In this document: piece after piece, positions 15,383 to 24,150 of the stretch
How positions within the stretch are numbered: the stretch's first letter is position 1
Layout: each line of letters opens with the position of its first letter
Assembly (NCBI GenBank): GCA_035527355.1
Contig: DATLAR010000079.1
Span: 1-45,588, forward strand
DNA: 45,588 nucleotides
Origin: Planctomycetota bacterium
GTDB taxonomy: Bacteria; Planctomycetota; PUPC01; JABMSA01
Reading direction: 5' to 3'
The notes under the pieces: generated by a model
Seen by the model: only the letters and a program-made list of their open reading frames with translations
What the model was told of the DNA's origin: nothing
The model's database searches: none
Program-made: the position numbers and the translations under genes

Positions 15383-18300
15383 TCAAAATCCCGGCCCCCA
15401 GCCGGACATCGCCCCGGGCATGGGCTGGTCGTCTTTGCCCACGAGCCGCAGGTAGAAGCCCCACGCGCGTCCCTCGTCCACCGACTTCACGAGCAGATCG
15501 TTCCAGCCTGCGCGCAACTGCGTTGCCACGGCAACCACATCCGGCTGGTCTGTGCTGAGAAACGGATCGCGGAAGATTTCGACGCCGTTGACCCAGATGG
15601 CTATTCCACCCTCGCTGCCGAGGAGCAGCTTGGCCTCGCCGGCTTCGGGCACATACACCTGCGCGTAGGCGTAGCCGGCCGCCGATGGCATCCGCTTCAG
15701 CGTGCCGCCGAGGTCCATAAACCGATAGTCGATGCCGTTTGCAACCGGCGCAAGCCAAGGGACTTTCTTCCACGACACGATCTCTCTGCGCTTGCCCGTG
15801 TAGCGGTCGGCGAGGTCTACCGAGCGCTCCGGCGGAAACGTGAGCTCCATGACCCTGCGATAGCTGCCGTCGCCGAATGGGCCGATCGCGTAGAACTGCT
15901 TGATGAACGTGTTGTCGATCACGTTGTGCACTATGAGCTGAATCGGCACGCCCTCCCACTCGATTTCCGCTCGCACCGGAAAATCGACTTCCTTCAGCGG
16001 CACCCAATTGATGTCGATGGTGCTCTCAAACGACGCGCCCTCTTCCGGCCTGAGCGGGCCAACCGCCTGCACGGGCTGCCCTTCCGTTGAGATGGTGCCG
16101 CCTAAACTACCCCAGCCGTACTGCAGGAAGCTGAATTCATTGCGGAAAACCATCTGGCGGTACGGCGTGGGCGCCACGCTGCTGCTGAGCGAGAAGCCGA
16201 GCACGACGCGCATAAACTCGACCTTAACCGAGTCGTCTTCAATGCTCGAATTGGCCAGGCGTGCCAGCTCGCGGATTTCACGGCGCACGCGGGCCAGCCC
16301 CTGCTCAAGGTGCTTCGCAGTGTCTGAAGCCGGCAGGAGCGTGGCGTTCACCTGCTCGGCCAGCGCCTCCACCTCGCGCAGCTTGCGAACCACAGGCTCG
16401 GCGATGCCCTGCCGCTCCAGGAGGATAGCAGCCGACTCCAGCCGCGGCACCACCTCGCGCAGGCGGTAGGCCAGGCGGCGGCTCTCCTGGGTGAACCGGC
16501 CGCGAAAGGTTATCTCTACCGGGCTCGAAACGGGAAACGGGGCAGTTACCGCAATAAGCCGGCCACGCGCGGGGAAGTATTTCCAGCCGGGATCGCGTGT
16601 CAGCTCGCCCGCCTGCGGAATGGGAAAGCCGTTCACCTCCACGCTTTGCACCGGCAGCGAGGTGTTGAGATGAACCTGGTAGCTGCGCTGCCTGGGCTGC
16701 CCGGCATAGCCGCCGGTCGTCTCGCCAACCAGCACGGTCATCGTCCGCTCATCTTCTTCGTAGGTGATCCTGCAAAGCGTATGCTTGCCGTTGCGGTAGT
16801 CCAGGCTCTCGCCGTCGTCGCCGTAAAGCATGAATTCGCCGGGCGAGCCGGGGTAGACTTCAATGATGTGCCGCTGGGCCGTTTTGCCGGGGGCCTGGCC
16901 CGGCGGCGCAAGAGGTATGATGCTGCCGGAGCGTGCAAACACCGGCATCTGGTCGGGTTTGGACGGGTAGTTCAGCACGGCCGGCCCCTCGATGATCCGT
17001 CCGCTGAAGAAGTCGTTCCACGCACCGGGCGGAAACCAGATTTCCCTGGTGCTCTCGCGCGTCGATTCCTCCGCGGCCGATCTCACGATAGGCGCGACCA
17101 TGAGGCTCTCGCCCAGCAGGTACTGATGCTTGAAGTTGTATGCCTCGTCGAACGCTCCGTAATGGAGGTACATGGGCCTGCACAGCGGCAGCCCCTCGGT
17201 ATGAGATTGATATGACAGCGAGTAGAGGTATGGAATGAGCGACTCGCGCAGGCGCACGAATTCGCGAACGATGGAGAGCGTGCCGGGCTGGTATATCCAC
17301 GGCCGCGCGTTCAGCCGCATGATCGGGCTGAATGTGGCCAACTGAACCGCCCGCAGAAACAGCTCGTCGTCGGGCGGCGTATTCTTCTCGCTGCCGATGT
17401 CAAACGACCAGTACGGCATGCCCGTATTGCCGGCGGTTGGAATGTAATAGCACAGGTATCTGAGCGTTGCCCATTCTTGTCTGGTGCGGCCGCTGTAAAC
17501 GACGGGACACCGGCCGCTGCCAAGCCCTCCGAAGCGGCTGAGTATGAGGCCGCGTTTGTTTTCGGGCTGCCTGCTTCCCGCAAAAACCAGGTGATTGGTC
17601 CACAATTGTTTGTTCATCCAGCGGATGTTTGCCGCTGCGGCGCCGTCCACCCACCAGAAATCGGCGCCCTGCCGTTCGATCGGAGCGAGCAGCACGTTCA
17701 CAAACGCCTCTGCCTCCTTCGGGCTGGCGAGGTCGAAGAATATGATGCCGCGTTTTTCAGGGTCCCATCCGACCGTTTTGCAGACCTCGGGGTAGACCGA
17801 TTCTCTGGGCAGGAAAGCGCCGCCCGGATGCACGCAGAAGCCCAGCTTCACGCCCAGCGAGTGTGCCTGCTTTATGAAATCGTCGGGATCGGGAAACGAT
17901 TTGGCATTCCAGTCGAAACTCGTCCACCCGTTCAGATACCAATGATCGACCAGCAGCACCGACAGCGGAATCTGCTCGTGGTGAAACTTGCGCAGCGTAT
18001 CGAGTAGCTGTGCGGCGGGCTGGGGAGTAGCCGGCAGGAACCAGACGCCAAACGCCCAGCGCGGGATGAGCGGAATCTGGCACACGAGATCGTTGAAATC
18101 CCTCAGGCCGCGCGAGTAGTTTTGGCCGTAGCCGAAGAAATAGAGGTCTTGGCTGGAGGTTGGCCCCGGGCGCGGCTGCGGCCAACCCTGCACCAGCAGC
18201 GGGGTGCGCGAGTCGTCGAGCAGGTGCCAGCCATCGCGTGCAAGCACTCCGACGCCTTGCGGCGCGGTGCCGGCTCTCGCGGGCTTGCTGTGGGCGCCGC

Positions 18301-18691
18301 CGAGATTGCGGCGGGCTACTTCAGCCGGACGCCACACCGTCGGTTTGGGCGTGTGCAGCAGCTCGATGTCAAGGTTCTCAGTGTTGAGGCGGCCGGATTT
18401 CACGCGGTAACGCAGCCGCAGGTTTCGTGTGGTGATTTGCAGCATACCGCCCTCCTCCACCACGTCGAAATCGACCAGCGGCCAATGCCGCTTTGCGGCA
18501 ATCAGCGAGGGTGCATCCACAAACGCACCATCCGCGCGGTATTCGAGGCGGATCAGCGTATGGCTGAGCACGGTGAAGCGCACATTCCTGCACCACACCG
18601 TGTTCCCGCGCCTCGTGAACTGGCGCTGCGCAGCAAGACATGGCGCGGCGGCAATGATGATTGCCAACGCCGTCAGGAATGCAGCCTTCAT
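15383..18691 (-). CDS. GH31-family glycoside-hydrolase-like protein with signal peptide and long C-terminal extension
   Basis: Start set to ATG 18691 (GGAGA SD; MKAAFLTALAIIIAAAPCLAAQ signal). GH31-like blocks: IPLSVLLVDHWY...FDWN...FPDP, GADFWWVDG, RGLILSRFGGLGSGR, PYWSFDIGS, YLLGESLMVAPIV, MPVFARSGSIIPL. A C-terminal extension of about 400 aa has a helical linker and a beta-sandwich-like end. Confidence 0.8.
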   Translation of the reverse strand: MKAAFLTALAIIIAAAPCLAAQRQFTRRGNTVWCRNVRFTVLSHTLIRLEYRADGAFVDAPSLIAAKRHWPLVDFDVVEEGGMLQITTRNLRLRYRVKSGRLNTENLDIELLHTPKPTVWRPAEVARRNLGGAHSKPARAGTAPQGVGVLARDGWHLLDDSRTPLLVQGWPQPRPGPTSSQDLYFFGYGQNYSRGLRDFNDLVCQIPLIPRWAFGVWFLPATPQPAAQLLDTLRKFHHEQIPLSVLLVDHWYLNGWTSFDWNAKSFPDPDDFIKQAHSLGVKLGFCVHPGGAFLPRESVYPEVCKTVGWDPEKRGIIFFDLASPKEAEAFVNVLLAPIERQGADFWWVDGAAAANIRWMNKQLWTNHLVFAGSRQPENKRGLILSRFGGLGSGRCPVVYSGRTRQEWATLRYLCYYIPTAGNTGMPYWSFDIGSEKNTPPDDELFLRAVQLATFSPIMRLNARPWIYQPGTLSIVREFVRLRESLIPYLYSLSYQSHTEGLPLCRPMYLHYGAFDEAYNFKHQYLLGESLMVAPIVRSAAEESTRESTREIWFPPGAWNDFFSGRIIEGPAVLNYPSKPDQMPVFARSGSIIPLAPPGQAPGKTAQRHIIEVYPGSPGEFMLYGDDGESLDYRNGKHTLCRITYEEDERTMTVLVGETTGGYAGQPRQRSYQVHLNTSLPVQSVEVNGFPIPQAGELTRDPGWKYFPARGRLIAVTAPFPVSSPVEITFRGRFTQESRRLAYRLREVVPRLESAAILLERQGIAEPVVRKLREVEALAEQVNATLLPASDTAKHLEQGLARVRREIRELARLANSSIEDDSVKVEFMRVVLGFSLSSSVAPTPYRQMVFRNEFSFLQYGWGSLGGTISTEGQPVQAVGPLRPEEGASFESTIDINWVPLKEVDFPVRAEIEWEGVPIQLIVHNVIDNTFIKQFYAIGPFGDGSYRRVMELTFPPERSVDLADRYTGKRREIVSWKKVPWLAPVANGIDYRFMDLGGTLKRMPSAAGYAYAQVYVPEAGEAKLLLGSEGGIAIWVNGVEIFRDPFLSTDQPDVVAVATQLRAGWNDLLVKSVDEGRAWGFYLRLVGKDDQPMPGAMSGWGPGF

Positions 18692-18774
18692 CTTGTCTCC
18701 GCAATGACGGCCGGTAAAATGATGAAACAATACTCCCCTATGATTTTTCGGCGTGAATCGCGGCTTGTTTTCTC

Positions 18775-18803
18775 TTGAATCCGTCCGCCCCACAGCATAC
18801 TAT
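18775..18803 (+). promoter_or_regulatory. sigma70-type promoter TTGAAT-N17-TACTAT for the transglutaminase-like gene
   Basis: TTGAAT 18775-18780, 17-nt spacer, TACTAT 18798-18803, 49 nt upstream of ATG 18853. Confidence 0.5.
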
Positions 18804-18852
18804 GGACAGAAGACAGAAGCTCGAAAGCCCAAACAATGAGAAGGTGTCGCAA

Positions 18853-20355
18853 ATGAAGAAGGCATTTTTGTGGACGACGCTGGCTCTGGCGATTCTGTGC
18901 GCGTGCTCGAGAACGGAAGAGAGGAGCGTGAATGCGGCGCCGGCTGCCGCCGCCGCAAATCCAGACGCGGATTTCGATCTTGAGAAGTTTGTGGGTTCGC
19001 GCTATTACGGCGTGTACCTCGGCGGCAAACGATGCGGCCGCTCGGTAATGAAACTCGAGAAGCTGCAATACAACGACAAGCCCGCCTACCGCACGTCTAT
19101 GGAAATGGAGCTGAACATCGCGGTGATGGGCGCCAGCCAAACGATGAACGTTGTGGAGAGCACCACATTCTACGCCGCCGGCCAGATGGCCGAATGCCTC
19201 TCGTCGCTCGGCGCCGCCGGCAGTTTTCACGGCGTAGTCCAGGGCGATCAGATCAAGCTCACGTCGAACCTTGGCGGCGCCAAAACCGAGAGAATGCTGC
19301 CGGCACCCACCAATACGCTGGCCGACGAGACCGCCGTGCTGCGGCTGATCACCGGCGGCCCGGCCGTGGGCGACAGCGTGAATTGCCCCACCTTCGATGC
19401 TACTCACGGCAGGACGCTCAAAGCTACGGCCACGGTTACGGCCGCCAGGAAGATCCCATACAACGGCATCCCCACCGACGTCTACGAAGTGAGCGTATCG
19501 ATTCCGGAGATGGCGCTGAACTCGCCGATGCTCGTGGGCAGCGACGCCGAGGTGCTGCGCATCGAGCTGCCGGTGGGCACGATGAAGCTGATTATGCGCC
19601 GCGAAGACGAGGAGGAGGCGAAAAACAGCTCGCTGAAATTCGTCGAGGTGCTCGGCGCTTCCATGATACGCCCCAAAGGCAAAATGCCCGACCTCTCGAA
19701 GGCTCAATCGCTTCGGCTGCAGCTTACCGGCATCACCGACCAGGAATGCATCATCAACGATTCGCGCCAAAGCTATACCAAAACCGACGCGGGCTATGAA
19801 TTGCTTGCGCAGAAAGACACGCTCCCCGAAGAGCCCGCTCGCATTCCGATCAAAGAGGCGGGGGTGCAGGAGTTTCTGAAAGCTACGCATTTCTATCAGT
19901 GCGATCATCCGGATATCGTCGCGCAGGCCAAAGAAATCGTGGGCGACGAGACCGACGCATACAAGGCGAGTTTCATGATCTGCCACTGGGTGTTCGGGAA
20001 CGTGAAGAAGAAGGGCACGGCCACCATTTCAAACGCTCTGGAAACGCTGAACACGATGGAAGGCGACTGCGGCGAGCACGCCGCGCTGTTTGTGGGGCTG
20101 TGCAGGGCGGTTGGCCTGCCTGCCCGCGTTGCTACCGGCCTGGCATATGCCAGCCCCTACCGCGCCTTTGGCGGGCACGCGTGGTGCGAGGTGTACGTGG
20201 GCAAATGGATATCCGTCGACCCCACGTTCGGTCAGCCGCTGGCCGACCCCGGGCACATCAAGGTTGTCGCGGGTGACGGAGATATAGACTCCTACCGCAT
20301 GCTGGGCGCCATCAGCAAATTGAAGATCACGGTGCTTCCCCCCAAGGAAGAATAG
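18853..20355 (+). CDS. transglutaminase-like (Cys-His-Asp papain-fold) lipoprotein
   Basis: Start at ATG 18853 (GAGAAGG SD). The signal MKKAFLWTTLALAILCAC has a lipobox-like LCAC. C-terminal core EGDCGEHAALFVGLCRAVGLPARVATGL...GGHAWCEVYVGKWISVDPT has the catalytic Cys, His and Asp in place. Confidence 0.8.
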   Translation: MKKAFLWTTLALAILCACSRTEERSVNAAPAAAAANPDADFDLEKFVGSRYYGVYLGGKRCGRSVMKLEKLQYNDKPAYRTSMEMELNIAVMGASQTMNVVESTTFYAAGQMAECLSSLGAAGSFHGVVQGDQIKLTSNLGGAKTERMLPAPTNTLADETAVLRLITGGPAVGDSVNCPTFDATHGRTLKATATVTAARKIPYNGIPTDVYEVSVSIPEMALNSPMLVGSDAEVLRIELPVGTMKLIMRREDEEEAKNSSLKFVEVLGASMIRPKGKMPDLSKAQSLRLQLTGITDQECIINDSRQSYTKTDAGYELLAQKDTLPEEPARIPIKEAGVQEFLKATHFYQCDHPDIVAQAKEIVGDETDAYKASFMICHWVFGNVKKKGTATISNALETLNTMEGDCGEHAALFVGLCRAVGLPARVATGLAYASPYRAFGGHAWCEVYVGKWISVDPTFGQPLADPGHIKVVAGDGDIDSYRMLGAISKLKITVLPPKEE

Positions 20356-20424
20356 CCGCCGGCGAAATGCCGCGAGGGGACGTTGATAGGTTCTTTTCCC
20401 TAAGGACCTTCCAACATCCCCCCG

Positions 20425-20456
20425 TGACTTTTCCCGCTTCTGACTTCTTTCGCCTC
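20425..20456. repeat. 16-nt tandem direct repeat (TGACTTTTCCCGCTTC / TGACTTCTTTCGCCTC) between convergent genes
   Basis: Two adjacent units with 12/16 identity. They share the core CTGACTTC with the repeat at 31470-31501. Confidence 0.4.
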
Positions 20457-20507
20457 TGGTCGCTTCATCAATCTAAACACGCCCCGCCGAGGGCCGCGCG
20501 CCATGAT

Positions 20508-22589
20508 TCACGTGGAGCAGTCGCGGCACTCGCCCGTAAATTCGGGCGACGCCTGCGTGAAGGGAGCGTGTTCTGTGCCGGTGCCGGCTATTTCGAGCAC
20601 TTGGCCCGTAGCTGTTCCGTAGCGGTATATCGTTATGCCCTTGCATTTCAGCTCCCAGGCAAGCATATACGCGTGGGCCACGTCGCTGCTGGTGCTCTCG
20701 CCCGGCAGGTTGATCGTTTTGGAAACCGCGTTGTCGGTATGTTTCTGGAATGCCGCCTGCATTTTCACGTGCCACTCGGGCTGGATATCGAAGGCCGTTA
20801 CAAACAGCCTCCGCACGTCTTGCGGAATCTCGTCCATCTCTGCGATACTGCCCCGGCGGGCGATGTCGGCTGCGAGGTCCATGCTGTAGAACCCGCGCTC
20901 CAACGCCGCTTGCTTGAACAGATCGTTCTCCTCGAGCAGTCGCGTGCCTTCCATTATGTTGCGGTAATATGTGAGTGCAAAAAGCGGCTCGATGCCGCTG
21001 GACACGCCGGCGATGATGCTGATGGTGCCGGTGGGCGCCACCGTGGTAACGGTTGCGTTGCGCATTGCATCCCACCCCTCGGCTTCCCAGCGGCTGCCGC
21101 GGAAGTTTGCAAACGAGCCCCTGCGCACCGCAATGTCGTGCGACGCCCGATGCGAGCGCTCGTTTATGAATTTCATGACATCCTCCCCCACCCGCAGGCC
21201 GTCGTCGGAATCATACGGCACGCCCAGCAGCACCAGCATCTCGGCAAAACCCATCACGCCCAGCCCGATCTTGCGGTTTGCCCGCGTGATGCGCTCGGTC
21301 TCCGAAACCGGAAATTTGGTCGCGTCGATCACGTTGTCCAGAAAATGCACGCTCCTGTCAACCGTCTCGCCAAGCTTGTCCCAATCGACCTGCCCGTCTT
21401 TCACCATCGTGCGCAGGTTGATCGAGCCGAGGTTGCACGACTCGTACGGCAGGAGGGGCTGCTCTCCGCAGGGATTGGTCGATTCTATCGCGTCCACGTG
21501 CGGGGTGGGGTTGTGCCGGTTCACCTCGTCGATGAAAACCATGCCGGGATCGCCCGACTGCCACGCGGAGACGGCGATGAGATCAAAGACGTGGCGAGCG
21601 CTCTTACGCGCAACGACCGCTCCATTGCGCGGGTTCACCAGGTCATAGCTGTCGCCGCGTTTCACCGCGTCCATAAACGCGTCGGTGGCCGCTACCGAGA
21701 TATTGAAGTTGCGAAGCCGCCCGCCGTGAAGCTTGCACGTGATGAACTCGACGATATCGGGGTGGTCAACGCGCAGGATGCCCATGTTTGCACCGCGCCG
21801 TCGGCCACCCTGCTTGATCACGTCCGTTGCCGCGTCGAATATTCCCATGAAAGACACCGGCCCCGACGCCTGGCCGCCGGTGGAGCTTACGATATCGCCA
21901 TTGGGCCGCAGCCTTGAGAACGAGAAGCCGGTGCCGCCGCCCGACTGGTGAACGAGCGCCATTGTCTTCAGCGTATCGAAAATCTCCACCACCGAATCGC
22001 CCACCGGCAGCACGAAGCAGCCTGCAAGCTGGCCGATGCGCGTTTCGGCGTTCATCAGCGTGGGCGAGTTCGGCAGGAATTCGCGGCTCGACAGCATCTC
22101 GTAAAAAACCTCTTCGGTGGCGGCGGCATCGTCGCCGTAAAGCTTGTCGGCCGCGGCGATCCCGCGAGCTACGCGCCGCATCAGCTCGCGCGGCGTCTCG
22201 ATCACGTGGCCCTCCGAATCCTTCAGAAGGTAGCGCTTCTCCAGCACCTTCGTTGCGTTCACGGTGAGCTTCAGATCATCGCGCACGCCGAGTATTCGCT
22301 TTGTGCGGCGCACCTCGGCCCGTGTGTGCCTGTGAAGGATATACGCCTTCGCCGCCTCCTCGTGTCCCTGCTGCACGAGTTGCTTCTCCACCAGATCCTG
22401 CACGTTTTCCACCGTCACCTCCTGAGGCGGCCGCTGCGAAAGCTCATCCACCACGAGATCGGCCACCGCCTGAGCCGCCTTCGGATCATGCTGCCCCACT
22501 GCCTGCTGTGCCTTCTCTACGGCCGCGACAATGCGCTGCGGGTCGAACGGCTCGCGCGAACCGTCGCGTTTCACGATTTCTTTTATCAT
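20508..22589 (-). CDS. nrdJ: class II (adenosylcobalamin-dependent) ribonucleotide reductase with N-terminal ATP-cone
   Basis: ATP-cone MIKEIVKRDGSREPFDPQRIVAAV. RNR core blocks LPNSPTLMNA, CFVLPV.DS, GGGTGFSFS.LRP, NPCGEQPL, SCNLGSINL, ISKTINLP. C-terminal Cys pair (ECRDC). Start set to ATG 22589; the track start is 22664. Confidence 0.9.
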   Translation of the reverse strand: MIKEIVKRDGSREPFDPQRIVAAVEKAQQAVGQHDPKAAQAVADLVVDELSQRPPQEVTVENVQDLVEKQLVQQGHEEAAKAYILHRHTRAEVRRTKRILGVRDDLKLTVNATKVLEKRYLLKDSEGHVIETPRELMRRVARGIAAADKLYGDDAAATEEVFYEMLSSREFLPNSPTLMNAETRIGQLAGCFVLPVGDSVVEIFDTLKTMALVHQSGGGTGFSFSRLRPNGDIVSSTGGQASGPVSFMGIFDAATDVIKQGGRRRGANMGILRVDHPDIVEFITCKLHGGRLRNFNISVAATDAFMDAVKRGDSYDLVNPRNGAVVARKSARHVFDLIAVSAWQSGDPGMVFIDEVNRHNPTPHVDAIESTNPCGEQPLLPYESCNLGSINLRTMVKDGQVDWDKLGETVDRSVHFLDNVIDATKFPVSETERITRANRKIGLGVMGFAEMLVLLGVPYDSDDGLRVGEDVMKFINERSHRASHDIAVRRGSFANFRGSRWEAEGWDAMRNATVTTVAPTGTISIIAGVSSGIEPLFALTYYRNIMEGTRLLEENDLFKQAALERGFYSMDLAADIARRGSIAEMDEIPQDVRRLFVTAFDIQPEWHVKMQAAFQKHTDNAVSKTINLPGESTSSDVAHAYMLAWELKCKGITIYRYGTATGQVLEIAGTGTEHAPFTQASPEFTGECRDCST

Positions 22590-22814
22590 ATGATAACTGT
22601 CTGGTCGGCCATCAATGCCCATGCTACTGGCGGCGTTCGCGCCTGCCCTGTATCTATTTTGCACCGCCCGTGCGAAAAGTTGATGGATTTTCGGTCATTG
22701 CGTGCAGGGAGATCTTCATGGCCGCAACTCACGCCGATAACTGACCGAGCAACCTGGCCAGCTCGGTTCTGTGTGCCATCCTTCAACAGCTCCATTGTTC
22801 CACGCCCTAAATCC

Positions 22815-22843
22815 TTGAATTCCGCCGCGCCTGATGGTATACT
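22815..22843 (+). promoter_or_regulatory. sigma70-type promoter TTGAAT-N17-TATACT for plsY-gpsA
   Basis: TTGAAT 22815-22820, 17-nt spacer, TATACT 22838-22843, 45 nt upstream of ATG 22889. GGAGTGAG SD. Confidence 0.55.
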
Positions 22844-22888
22844 AAATCCTTCGTTGACGCTTCTTTTTGCCTACTCCGGAGTGAGCAA

Positions 22889-24127
22889 ATGCCGGCAATC
22901 ATCAAGCAACTCATCTTACCGTACGTCATGTTTCCGCTCGTTTCCTATCTGCTGGGCTCGATTTCCTTCGGCCTGATCGTCGGAAAACTGAAAGGTGTAG
23001 ACATTCGCGCCCACGGAAGCGGCAACGTGGGCGCTACCAACGTTTGGCGGTTGCTCGGCAAAGGCCCGGCGATTGCCGTTTTTGCGCTGGACGTGCTGAA
23101 GGGCGCCCTGCCGGCGCTCGTCTTCGCCCTCGTTGCACAGCGGATATCGGGGCTGCCGTCGTGGAAGATGCTCGGTGTCGTTTACGGCGCGTGCGCGATC
23201 TTCGGCCACGTTTATCCCGTGTTCTTCGGATTCCGCGGCGGCAAGGCCGTGGCTACGAGCTGCGGCGTTTTCATGTGCATCGCACCGCTGCAAACGTTTA
23301 CCGCGCTGATGATCTGGCTGCTCGTGCTGCTCTTCCTCAAGTACGTATCCGTCGCTTCGATGGCCGGTGCGGCTTCATTCCTGCTGATGGTGCTCGCGCT
23401 TTACCCTCCCGAGCCTATCAACGAGGCAAGGACCTTCGCATCCGTGCTGCGGCGGCTGTATCCCATCCAGCATACCATGGCGCCCGGCGAGGAGAAGCAC
23501 CTTGGGCGGCCCGAGAAGAACCTCATGCTCCTGTTCTCGGCGCTCGCGGTTGGCGTTGTATTTTATCGTCATCGCGGCAACATCAAACGCCTGATCGATG
23601 GCACCGAACAGAAGATGATCACTAGCAAACAAGACCTGCGCGCACTCGAAGCCGAAAAGAAGTACGGCAAGGAACGGCTGGCGAAAGCCGGCCGCACAAG
23701 ACGTCCGCAGAGCGCCGATGCACTGCGCCGGATATCGAAGTCCAAGCCCGACGAAGCCACAGAGCCGTCCGCCGAGCAGGCAGCCGCCGCCGATGCCGAG
23801 CAGGTGCATACCACGGCCGAAGCCGATGCGCCCAAGGATGCGTCCGCCTGCGACGACACAGCAGCCCCCGAGGGCATTGATTCCGCTGCTTCAGTTGCAC
23901 ACCAGATACTGCCGGAAGACCAGCTTGAGACGCAGGCGCCGGTGGAAGAGGTTGAAGAACTCACCGCCGAAAACGCCGAAGCCTCGCCCGGCGAGGCCAA
24001 ACGCGACACCGAGGAAACTCGCGAGATTTCCAACAAGCCCCCGGCCGAGCATGCAGAATCCCAGAAGCCCCAAAGCGACGAGCACAAGCACAAGAAACAT
24101 AAGCGGCGCCATAAAAAGCACCGCTGA
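22889..24127 (+). CDS. plsY: glycerol-3-phosphate acyltransferase PlsY with a C-terminal low-complexity extension of about 170 aa
   Basis: PlsY core YLLGSISFGLIVGK..G.DIR.HGSGN.GATNV.R..G, GHV.PVFFGFRGGKAVAT, YRHR.NI.RL..G.E ends near aa 243. The rest is an acidic, Ala-rich tail ending in KHKKHKRRHKKHR. Confidence 0.85.
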   Translation: MPAIIKQLILPYVMFPLVSYLLGSISFGLIVGKLKGVDIRAHGSGNVGATNVWRLLGKGPAIAVFALDVLKGALPALVFALVAQRISGLPSWKMLGVVYGACAIFGHVYPVFFGFRGGKAVATSCGVFMCIAPLQTFTALMIWLLVLLFLKYVSVASMAGAASFLLMVLALYPPEPINEARTFASVLRRLYPIQHTMAPGEEKHLGRPEKNLMLLFSALAVGVVFYRHRGNIKRLIDGTEQKMITSKQDLRALEAEKKYGKERLAKAGRTRRPQSADALRRISKSKPDEATEPSAEQAAAADAEQVHTTAEADAPKDASACDDTAAPEGIDSAASVAHQILPEDQLETQAPVEEVEELTAENAEASPGEAKRDTEETREISNKPPAEHAESQKPQSDEHKHKKHKRRHKKHR

Positions 24128-24150
24128 CCTCCACCACACGGATTGTTTAC

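Noticed and set aside
22590-22814. Cobalamin riboswitch or NrdR boxes upstream of nrdJ. Likewise a B12 riboswitch upstream of the BtuF-like operon at 41451..41649.
   Set aside because: Fragments such as GACCGAAAATCC and GCCAGGTTGC loosely recall riboswitch elements. They occur in the wrong order, and the GGGAA, GCCACTG and B12-box blocks are absent. No AT-rich 16-bp NrdR-type palindrome is present. At the importer, the promoter sits 19 nt from the ATG, leaving no room for a riboswitch.
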